From a virus (taxonomy: Duplodnaviria > Caudoviricetes): a stretch of DNA of 38,871 nucleotides. Within the stretch, counting starts at the first letter, position 1, and each line of letters starts with the position of its first letter. This document shows positions 8,518 to 15,661 of the stretch, one piece after another. The stretch covers positions 1 to 38,871 of IMG/VR virus record IMGVR_UViG_3300022670_000401; one strand, given 5' to 3'. The translations under genes and the position numbers were made by a program. Under the pieces are notes generated by a model. The model saw only the letters and a list, made by a program, of their open reading frames with translations. It made no database searches and was not told the origin of the DNA.

Positions 8518-8550
8518 GGTGATAATAACCTGTAATTATTGGCGACACAA

Positions 8551-8886
8551 CTATGCGCCGTAATGCGCTTTCTCTTTTCTTCCGCTTGCCTGCTTTGTCC
8601 GCCATATATCACAGCGCCTTTCAGCGATAATCATGCGGTATTTAAGCTCTTCACTTTTCTCAGTGGATGCCCTCAAGCCCTGCAGTAGCTCAAGGTATTC
8701 TGGGTGTGAGTATGCGTATGCCTCCCGCTCCTGGCCGGTCTTTATGCCGCCGGCCTGAGCCTCAACCATCAAAATAGCTTTCTTACTCTTGCGAAATTCG
8801 GATAAATACACCGTCTCAGCCTTTGCGCTGGCGTACTCAGATACGTGTTCTCGCCAGGCGTGTATCAGCTTTTCAATGTCTTCCAT
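8551..8886 (-). CDS. Conserved helical phage protein (possibly UvsY-like)
   Basis: EREAYAYSHPEYLELLQGL...IWRTKQA pattern. Confidence 0.7.
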   Translation of the reverse strand: MEDIEKLIHAWREHVSEYASAKAETVYLSEFRKSKKAILMVEAQAGGIKTGQEREAYAYSHPEYLELLQGLRASTEKSEELKYRMIIAERRCDIWRTKQASGRKEKAHYGA

Positions 8887-9244
8887 TGGAATTTACCTCA
8901 AACCAAAATACGACCGGACCGAACTTTTCTTGAATTAACCCGAAGCGTTCTGCTGTCCTGAAATTTACAGACGACTTACGCCCCCGCTCAACCTGAAGTG
9001 ATATCTCATTCCTGAATTCCTCTATGGAATATACCGACTTAAACAGATTGCATGGGGCGCAGGCAGGTACCATATTTTCAATTGTGTCGTTCTCGGGCTT
9101 ATTCATAGAGCCGTTTGACCGATAGACAGCATCCACATGATCGGCGTGCCAGCCTTTTTCAGGTAGTCCGCAGCCGCAATACCAGCAATGACCGTTAGAC
9201 TTTGACCTTACTTCTGCCCGCTCCTTTTTTGTTAGTGCCATCAA
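8873..9244 (-). CDS. HNH endonuclease
   Basis: CWYCGC...WHADHV...NMVPACAPCNLFK. Confidence 0.9.
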   Translation of the reverse strand: MMALTKKERAEVRSKSNGHCWYCGCGLPEKGWHADHVDAVYRSNGSMNKPENDTIENMVPACAPCNLFKSVYSIEEFRNEISLQVERGRKSSVNFRTAERFGLIQEKFGPVVFWFEVNSNGRH

Positions 9245-9430
9245 CCTTTCCCCTTAACCCTTATTTATGTAAATTATCTATCCTAGAATCAACTTTCTTG
9301 CTCTCTGCCTTGAGATAGGCTTTAGTCATTTTTATTCCAAAACCAGGATGAACTAATGACCAAATACCAATTACAATAAACCAAGAGAACAGCCAAATCC
9401 TTAATTTCACCCTTCTAATTACTTTCGGCA

Positions 9431-9625
9431 TTATTTACCCTTAACCCGATTAAGCTCTTTTCGTAACACCTCGCGCCTACCCTCCGGAATACCCGCCAAA
9501 TACTCCCGTATCCGATCAGGCTTCCAGCACTTAAGCATCGTGGCGGCATCCTCTCGGTACTGTAATGTGCAGGCGTTTGTCGTTTGCACTGTTATACCGT
9601 TTATTGTGAGTGGTTTACTATTCAT
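9431..9625 (-). CDS. Hypothetical protein
   Basis: Coupled 64-aa ORF. Confidence 0.55.
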   Translation of the reverse strand: MNSKPLTINGITVQTTNACTLQYREDAATMLKCWKPDRIREYLAGIPEGRREVLRKELNRVKGK

Positions 9626-9902
9626 TGATTGCGCAGATAACCTGGCTTAATGCTGTCCTGGTTGCGCCTCCAATGTGATTGCTAAGGCTAACTGAGTGAT
9701 TTGAAGATATGACATCAAGAAACCCACTGACGGTAACAAGTGTATGCTGCCGCTTTTCCTTCAGTCTTTCGCTCTCTGCCTTTAGCTCTGCTATCGTATT
9801 TACAAGTAAATCTACTGCCAGCTCTACATCCTCTGGCTTCGAGTACTTTCCTGCAGACTTGGTGTAATCAATAAGTATGTTTTGAGCATCTTCAGTATTC
9901 AT
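9618..9902 (-). CDS. Hypothetical coiled-coil protein
   Basis: 94-aa ORF with a TAAGGGGA RBS. Confidence 0.6.
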   Translation of the reverse strand: MNTEDAQNILIDYTKSAGKYSKPEDVELAVDLLVNTIAELKAESERLKEKRQHTLVTVSGFLDVISSNHSVSLSNHIGGATRTALSQVICAINE

Positions 9903-9918
9903 CCTGCCTTCCCCTTAA

Positions 9919-10110
9919 TTACCAAGTAAAAATATTTCTCAAAATAGGATCTTCGCATTCATGATGGTGCCTCATTGATATTTTGCCATCATCAAGATTA
10001 ACCACTCTTACGCCTTTCTCATCATCAAAAGTGTTGTCGTGAAGTTCCAGAACGCAAGCCCTGAACGAGCTTTATCCATGCGGAAATGCGTCTAATATTT
10101 GGCCTTTCAT
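9919..10110 (-). pseudogene. 63-codon gene interrupted by an in-frame TAA at 10072-10074
   Basis: RBS TAAGGGGAAGGGA-ATG at 10110; 50 more sense codons follow the TAA and end at the next RBS. Confidence 0.4.
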
Positions 10111-10257
10111 TCCCTTCCCCTTAATTGGATTTTTGCCCGAATTTTCAAAATGCTGATTGACAATGTAGGTAACCGCCTTATTCAGCGACCACATTCTTTC
10201 GTCTGCAAACTTCTGCAGCTTTTCTTTTTGCTTATCGCTAGGTCTATATGATATCAA
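10072..10257 (-). CDS. Ribbon-helix-helix (Arc/CopG-like) DNA-binding protein
   Basis: ISYRPSDKQKEKLQKFADERMWSLNKAVTYIV fits the RHH pattern; AAGGAG RBS before a TTG start. Confidence 0.75.
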   Translation of the reverse strand: MISYRPSDKQKEKLQKFADERMWSLNKAVTYIVNQHFENSGKNPIKGKGMKGQILDAFPHG

Positions 10258-10334
10258 GCCTATACTCCTTATTTGATTTTGTTTGACATATTATTATTCA
10301 TATTGATTGATAAGGCAATATTTATATTCACCTA

Positions 10335-10363
10335 TTGATACCCGGGTAATTCATGCCTATAAT
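10335..10363 (+). promoter_or_regulatory. Strong sigma70 promoter (TTGATA-N17-TATAAT)
   Basis: One mismatch to consensus, ideal spacing. Confidence 0.85.
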
Positions 10364-10369
10364 TCGTTT

Positions 10370-10840
10370 TGTTGTTAGGGCTTCGCCAGGGCCTGGGTAA
10401 ATAAGTGGAAACAAGAGGTTTTTGTTCTGTGTGGGTTAGGTTCCGAACTCTGGCGAGTTTTCTACTTTCCCTATCGCACATAGAACAAAGGCCTTTTTTT
10501 TCGCCTATCATTTCTCCTCCTGGCTTAGCCCTTCCAATAATGGGAACGGGTATACCAAAGGGCACCATTCAAAAAACGCCGTCCTTAGCAATAAGGGATT
10601 GTGGTCAATAACAATCTGCAAAACCGTTTGAATAAATCACTGGCTCTGACCTACCCACCGTCAACCAGAAGAGGAATCCTTTTTTATTCGTAGGATTTCA
10701 GGTCACATATGAGGAATCGCACATCGGTGCAGCTTAGTACACGGCCAGTAATGGCTGGAGATAGCCCGACAAGCCAAGCAGTAATAGGCATTGTTTTAAG
10801 GTTACCTCTTAGTGGAAAGGTGGGGGGATTGTAACTTAAA
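10370..10840 (+). ncRNA. Candidate large structured RNA: attenuator-like leader plus a ~290-nt multibranched domain and a 3' G-rich hairpin
   Basis: 21-bp helix 10413-10433/10477-10497 whose non-Watson-Crick pairs are all G-U on +; nested long-range helices; GCAA and GAGA tetraloops; no credible ORF. Confidence 0.7.
10413..10501 (+). terminator. Long leader hairpin followed by U8 (terminator/attenuator)
   Basis: Helix ends in TTTTTTTT at 10494-10501. Confidence 0.65.
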
Positions 10841-10854
10841 TATAGGAAATAATT

Positions 10855-11127
10855 ATGGAAAGTAACTTGAAAACAATTGATACAGCACCTAAAGACGGAA
10901 CGATTATTATTTGTTTTCGTTCGTCAGAGTTTCAGATTTGGCAGGGTAAATCACTAGTTGTTTGCGCCTGGTACGATGATCTTGAATGCTTTACATGGCC
11001 GGATGACGATTTTTATAACGAATATGATTCCAACAAATTTTGGGAGCTGGTTGAAGCAGGGTCATATCATGACAATTCATTTACTCATTGGATGCCACTA
11101 CCTAAAGAACCACTCAATGAAGGATAA
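10855..11127 (+). CDS. DUF551-like protein
   Basis: IDTAPKDGT...THWMPLP. Confidence 0.8.
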   Translation: MESNLKTIDTAPKDGTIIICFRSSEFQIWQGKSLVVCAWYDDLECFTWPDDDFYNEYDSNKFWELVEAGSYHDNSFTHWMPLPKEPLNEG

Positions 11128-11386
11128 ATACAAGCTATACGCAATAAGCACAGGCAATCGAATCAAGATAGTTCTGAGTAAGCGCATTGATAAGACGTTT
11201 GATTCTATGCTGAAGGGGTACGAGGGTCATTTAGAGGTGTTATTGACCTATCATGTAGGAAGTGATCCAAAGGCTGCAAAAAGGGAACACAAGCGCTTAC
11301 TGAAGTTCTGCCGTAAGTACTTCTTAGAGAAGGATTGGTTCGATATGGCTGTAATGGATAAGATCAAAGAGTTCAGGGTTAAATAA
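11117..11386 (+). CDS. Degenerate T5orf172/GIY-YIG-like protein
   Basis: LYAI..GNRIKIVLS...KDWF resembles VYFI..IKIG.S...GEWF with key residues changed. Confidence 0.5.
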   Translation: MKDKYKLYAISTGNRIKIVLSKRIDKTFDSMLKGYEGHLEVLLTYHVGSDPKAAKREHKRLLKFCRKYFLEKDWFDMAVMDKIKEFRVK

Positions 11387-11396
11387 AGGGAAAGTT

Positions 11397-11681
11397 ATGG
11401 ATATTGAAAACGAGATAAGAAGACAGGTTATTCGCGGAAACTCCGGAGATATCAGGGATTTATTAATTAACTCGTCTCAAATTGGTTTATTAGGCGGCAT
11501 AGGAAAAGGGACTATTACAAGCAAGCAGTTGTCAGACATTATTGATGTAAGCATTCAGAACGCCAACGGAAAGCTTGAGCGACTAAGGAAGGCTGGATAC
11601 CTGAGAAGGTCTAATGTCGGAGACCCAACAGGCGGCGATATGTATGTCTATGAATGCACGCCACTTGTTCTAAATAACTGA
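11397..11681 (+). CDS. Winged-helix DNA-binding protein
   Basis: TSKQLSDIIDVSIQNANGKLERLRKAGYLRR...GGDMYVY. Confidence 0.8.
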   Translation: MDIENEIRRQVIRGNSGDIRDLLINSSQIGLLGGIGKGTITSKQLSDIIDVSIQNANGKLERLRKAGYLRRSNVGDPTGGDMYVYECTPLVLNN

Positions 11682-11722
11682 GTCTAAATGCTCTTAGGGT
11701 TAACTGTAATAAGGGGAAAGGT

Positions 11723-12379
11723 ATGATCGAATTGCACAATATTGACTGTATGGAGTATATGCGCGGACTGGCTGATAACGCTTTTGAACTCGCGATCGTG
11801 GATCCACCGTATGGCCATGGCAATAATTTGATAGTTAAAGGTAATACGCGATCGAAGATAGCGACTGCGGGCCAATTCAAGGCTTACGACAACTCTAAAT
11901 CTCCCGATCGCGAATATTTTGACGAGCTGATGAGGGTGTCAAAAAACCAAGTTATATGGGGCGCAAACCATTTTGCCGGAAAATTCGACTCTTCTGGATC
12001 CGCATGGATAGTCTGGGACAAGCACACGACTGGTGATTTCTCTGATTGCGAGCTGGCATATTCATCATTTGGTACCGCGTGCCGAAAATTTGACTACATG
12101 TGGAATGGAATGCACCAGGGATCCGCGGGCGGGAACATGAAGCTGAACGAAAAACGGATCCACCCGACACAGAAACCGGTGAAGCTATACCAGTGGATCC
12201 TAGAAAAGTACGGTACCAGTGGCGATAAAATACTAGATACGCACCTTGGCTCTGGATCCAGCGCGATCGCGGCACACTATGGTGGGTTTGATTTTGTTGG
12301 CTGCGAGTTGGATCCTGATTATTTCAAGGTCACAAAATCAAGAATAGAAATCGAAACATCACAATTCGATATGTTTTGA
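11723..12379 (+). CDS. DNA amino-methyltransferase (N6-A/N4-C, beta class)
   Basis: DPPY precedes HPTQKP and ILDTHLGSGSS. Confidence 0.95.
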   Translation: MIELHNIDCMEYMRGLADNAFELAIVDPPYGHGNNLIVKGNTRSKIATAGQFKAYDNSKSPDREYFDELMRVSKNQVIWGANHFAGKFDSSGSAWIVWDKHTTGDFSDCELAYSSFGTACRKFDYMWNGMHQGSAGGNMKLNEKRIHPTQKPVKLYQWILEKYGTSGDKILDTHLGSGSSAIAAHYGGFDFVGCELDPDYFKVTKSRIEIETSQFDMF

Positions 12380-12415
12380 TCAAGTTATTAATCGGCTTAG
12401 GCCTGGGAGTAAGTA

Positions 12416-12637
12416 ATGGAACAAGTTGTAATCGCGTTTACGGGTGTTATTGCTATATGGCTAACCCAACAGAACAACGAATCATGGAAGCGCTATGCGT
12501 GCCTGTTTGGGCTAGCTGGCCAGCCGTTCTGGTGTTACTCGGCATATCATGCTGATCAGTGGGGTATTCTGATTCTGTCAGTGTTTTATACCTACGCCTG
12601 GATGATGGGCATTTGGAATAATTGGATTAATAAATAA
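12416..12637 (+). CDS. Small multi-TM membrane protein
   Basis: Hydrophobic; GLAGQPFW...QWGILILS motif. Confidence 0.7.
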   Translation: MEQVVIAFTGVIAIWLTQQNNESWKRYACLFGLAGQPFWCYSAYHADQWGILILSVFYTYAWMMGIWNNWINK

Positions 12638-12665
12638 CCCAAATCCACAGCACTAAAGATAATCC

Positions 12666-12694
12666 TTTACAGTGCTATATTTAGCAGCTATAGT
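12666..12694 (+). promoter_or_regulatory. Sigma70 promoter (TTTACA-N17-TATAGT) with an operator at 12673-12686
   Basis: TGCTA-TATT-TAGCA palindrome in the spacer. Confidence 0.75.
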
Positions 12695-12719
12695 TTGGTT
12701 TCACTAAGGGGAAATGATT

Positions 12720-12848
12720 ATGTTCAACAATATAGAAATCCGCACAAACTCAGACAGATGGCCATCATTTAGACTTGTGGTTGATGGGGCTATGGTTTCG
12801 TTTGGATCGTTTGGCCCTAGTGGCGTTAACTTTTGGTATGTTGATTAA
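12720..12848 (+). CDS. 42-aa peptide (MFNNIEIRTNSDRWPSFRLVVDG...), not in the ORF track
   Basis: First ORF after the promoter; ACTAAGGGGA RBS. Confidence 0.5.
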   Translation: MFNNIEIRTNSDRWPSFRLVVDGAMVSFGSFGPSGVNFWYVD

Positions 12849-12880
12849 CCAATCAGCCCCTCTATAAGGGCATAAGGGGA

Positions 12881-13312
12881 ATGAGTGTGGAAGCAATAAA
12901 AGAGTTTAGCGGTGATTACCGTTGGTTGAGTAATTTTTGGTTATGCCCGATATGGGTGGGGGAGCATGTTTATCCATCCACAGAAAACGCATATCAAGCA
13001 GCCAAATACCCAAAGTCACAACGACAGCAATTTACAGCATGTTCTCCAGCTATGGCTAAACAGCTTGGCCAGAGAATACAGCTCCCGAAAAACTGGGATA
13101 CAGAAAAACTAGCTGTTATGCGCAAAATCACATATCAGAAGTTCAGGAAAAACACGTTCAATTGCGGCCTACTTACTGGAACTGTTGGTGCCGAGATAAT
13201 CGAAGGCAATACCTGGGGTGATACGTTTTGGGGTGTATGTGATGGTACCGGCGATAACAATCTCGGAAAGATATTGATGGAAGTTAGAGCTGAATTGCTC
13301 GAAAGTTTTTAG
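12881..13312 (+). CDS. NADAR (YbiA-like) family protein
   Basis: WLSNFW, YPSTENAYQAAK and IIEGNTWGDTFWGV...GDNNLGKILMEVR. Confidence 0.93.
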   Translation: MSVEAIKEFSGDYRWLSNFWLCPIWVGEHVYPSTENAYQAAKYPKSQRQQFTACSPAMAKQLGQRIQLPKNWDTEKLAVMRKITYQKFRKNTFNCGLLTGTVGAEIIEGNTWGDTFWGVCDGTGDNNLGKILMEVRAELLESF

Positions 13313-13335
13313 CGGCTTAGGCCATAGGGGATGAT

Positions 13336-13749
13336 ATGAATAATATTGATAATATGAACGAATCTGAAGTGAAAGCGATTCTTAATGAGATTTGCGTTGG
13401 AATGGGCGGATCAGCAAGAACTGCCTCTGTGATATTAACTTGTGTTAGGAATGCCAGTAGAAGAAGTGGCTGCCTATCAAGAATAGAGAATTATCACTCT
13501 ATTCTTGTTGATGATGAAGATGGAGGAGAACAATCTGAAGAATGGCTTTTGAATTGGGGTGAAGATCCTGATAAATATATTGAAACCTATAAGTCCGTAA
13601 TTGCACATAATCCGCTAACAGAGCGCGTTAAGGTGCTGGAGGATGCCATTAAGGGGTTCATCGATATGGATTCGAGAACCCATAAAGAGACGGACGAGTA
13701 TCTGTTTGGAATATCAGATTTAATAGAAGCACTAAAGGCGGACAAGTAA
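13336..13749 (+). CDS. Hypothetical protein
   Basis: 137-aa ORF with RBS. Confidence 0.65.
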   Translation: MNNIDNMNESEVKAILNEICVGMGGSARTASVILTCVRNASRRSGCLSRIENYHSILVDDEDGGEQSEEWLLNWGEDPDKYIETYKSVIAHNPLTERVKVLEDAIKGFIDMDSRTHKETDEYLFGISDLIEALKADK

Positions 13750-13961
13750 TGGCTATTGAGCACGTAGGTACAGATACCGATATCACGAAGAACAAGATCG
13801 TATACTGGTTTATGGTCAACGGCAGCAAGTTTGGGCTGAAGATACAAGACCTTGATGTAACAGTTGTGAATGAGGAAGGCGACGAACTAAAAGGCGTTAG
13901 CGGACCCTTTATCAATGATCTGATGAATGCGCGTGATAAGGTTCTGGAGGCTGAATCATGA
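13749..13961 (+). CDS. Hypothetical protein
   Basis: Coupled ORF. Confidence 0.6.
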   Translation: MAIEHVGTDTDITKNKIVYWFMVNGSKFGLKIQDLDVTVVNEEGDELKGVSGPFINDLMNARDKVLEAES

Positions 13962-14245
13962 ACAATACGACACAAGACATCACAATCGAAGTGTGCGGCC
14001 ATGAGATGGACGCAACGGTCAATGTTAGCTATGAGCCTGGCGAGAAGGCTGTGACTCACTTGGCGCCAGAGGATTGCCATGAGGGTATCGATGAAGTATG
14101 GGAACTGGACACTCTTATTGTTGATTATCGTGAAGATGATTTGCCAATCCCAAAGCATTTTGATCTGTCCGGGCTTCTGGATATTCGGCATGTTCATGAT
14201 TCTATTTTGAATGACGTGAAGGAGTTGATGATCGATGGAGGATAA
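13958..14245 (+). CDS. Hypothetical acidic protein
   Basis: Coupled ORF. Confidence 0.6.
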   Translation: MNNTTQDITIEVCGHEMDATVNVSYEPGEKAVTHLAPEDCHEGIDEVWELDTLIVDYREDDLPIPKHFDLSGLLDIRHVHDSILNDVKELMIDGG

Positions 14246-14725
14246 ATGGCTAGGTCTTGCAGGGTTCTGTCTGTTCGTGGCAGCAGATATTTTTATTGTA
14301 CTTGTTTTGCTGAAATATTATGAAGACGAATCTGAAATTAAATGACTGGGAAAAGCAGTCAATCAATCAAAAAGTCGATCGGGACTGGGAAAATATATGT
14401 GCGTTTTTCGCTGGATTAAAAGTAACACTTACGAGGCTTCGTGCTGGCTTGCGATTTTATGCTTTATTGCTGGTGCGGCGATTTTCGAATACTCGATGAG
14501 TCAGCGGCATATTGAGCACATGATGAGCGAGGTTAGGAAGTGAAACAAAAGTTAACTGCCAGGCAGTATCTAAGTAGAATTAAAGACCGGTTAGTGCACT
14601 TGATATTTTATGGAAAAAACAGATCGGTATGTTCTTATGATCAAATTCGTTCGTGCAAATATTGCAAAGAACAATTCAATGAATGGAAAAAGGGAAATAA
14701 ACCAAGTGAGCGAGGTTAGAAAGCA

Positions 14726-14908
14726 ATGAAGAAAATCATGTTTGTGTTTGTTCCTAAGGGTGCACCAATAATGGACAACTACACTTTGCACGATACGGCA
14801 GACGAAGCCTGGGAAAAGATAGAAACTAAATCAGGCAACCCGAGAGACTGGCTAATGGGTCAGGAGCATAGGGTAGTCCGGTGTTATTTGGATATGATTG
14901 AATATTGA
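14726..14908 (+). CDS. Hypothetical protein
   Basis: 60-aa ORF with a GAGG RBS. Confidence 0.55.
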   Translation: MKKIMFVFVPKGAPIMDNYTLHDTADEAWEKIETKSGNPRDWLMGQEHRVVRCYLDMIEY

Positions 14909-15110
14909 GGGGAAAGGTGTGGATGATTTGAGCGAGCTTTCGTGTGATTGCGACAAACAAGATTTAAAGTTTAAGGTGTCTATTGGCGCTTATAATGACC
15001 ATTTTGATCTTATCAAATGCGAGAATTGCAAAAAGAGAACTAAAGCGTTTTGGAGAAAAGACGAGGCTGTTAATGCGTGGAAGAACTCAGAGTTCTTTGA
15101 AAGAAAATAA
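14898..15110 (+). CDS. Lar-like (restriction alleviation) Zn-finger protein
   Basis: CDC...IKCENC...DEAVNAWKN resembles the Lar C-terminal AI.AWN motif. Confidence 0.5.
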   Translation: MNIEGKGVDDLSELSCDCDKQDLKFKVSIGAYNDHFDLIKCENCKKRTKAFWRKDEAVNAWKNSEFFERK

Positions 15111-15131
15111 CGAAAAATAAGGGGAAAGAAT

Positions 15132-15383
15132 ATGGCGGCACTTACAGGATGTGAAGTAGGCGATGTGATAATTAATCACAACTACAGAAACGATAACCCA
15201 AAACGCTTAGGTATTTTCGTTGAAGAAAACGAAATGATGCACCTTATTGATGAGAATGGTTATAAGTGGACTGTTCCAAATGATAAGGGCGCAAATCTTG
15301 AGGTGTTTCGATACACCAAATTCAAAGATTATATGCAGGAGTGTCGGGATCAATTGGCTGCTGTTAAAGAGGTTATCAAGTAA
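15132..15383 (+). CDS. Hypothetical protein
   Basis: RBS plus 83-aa ORF. Confidence 0.6.
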   Translation: MAALTGCEVGDVIINHNYRNDNPKRLGIFVEENEMMHLIDENGYKWTVPNDKGANLEVFRYTKFKDYMQECRDQLAAVKEVIK

Positions 15384-15661
15384 TGAATATAGAAAGCATA
15401 AAGAAAAATAAAAAATCAAGCCATGACTGGACAATTATAGAGACACTGCAACAACTCATAAGAGATCTTGAATCTGGTAATTGCTCATATAATAAGTGCT
15501 TTATCAGTCTGCTTTCAGATGAAAATGAGGGAGAATACACGACAGGTTTTAGAATGGTTAAAATGAGAGGATATGAGGTTATATCTCTACTAGAAATAAT
15601 GAAAGGTGATCTTGTAAATGCAATAAATGGTCTTCCTTCTGAATTTGAGGCTGAAGAATAA
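15383..15661 (+). CDS. Hypothetical protein
   Basis: Coupled ORF. Confidence 0.6.
   Translation: MNIESIKKNKKSSHDWTIIETLQQLIRDLESGNCSYNKCFISLLSDENEGEYTTGFRMVKMRGYEVISLLEIMKGDLVNAINGLPSEFEAEE

Noticed and set aside
8399-8605. 68-aa ORF over the sRNA
   Set aside because: It starts inside the upstream gene in another frame, has no recognisable features, and the region is better explained by promoter, hairpins and terminator; not formally excluded
10332-10611. ORFs 10332-10568 (-) and 10405-10611 (+) as proteins
   Set aside because: No convincing RBS or protein-like motifs; they overlap a promoter, a U8 terminator and helices whose G-U pattern indicates selection on RNA structure
10370-10840. 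Group I/II intron, tmRNA, RNase P or retron msr-msd identity for the structured RNA
   Set aside because: I could not find group II domain V, group I P7 motifs or tRNA-like ends; no interrupted gene flanks it and there is no reverse transcriptase in the genome
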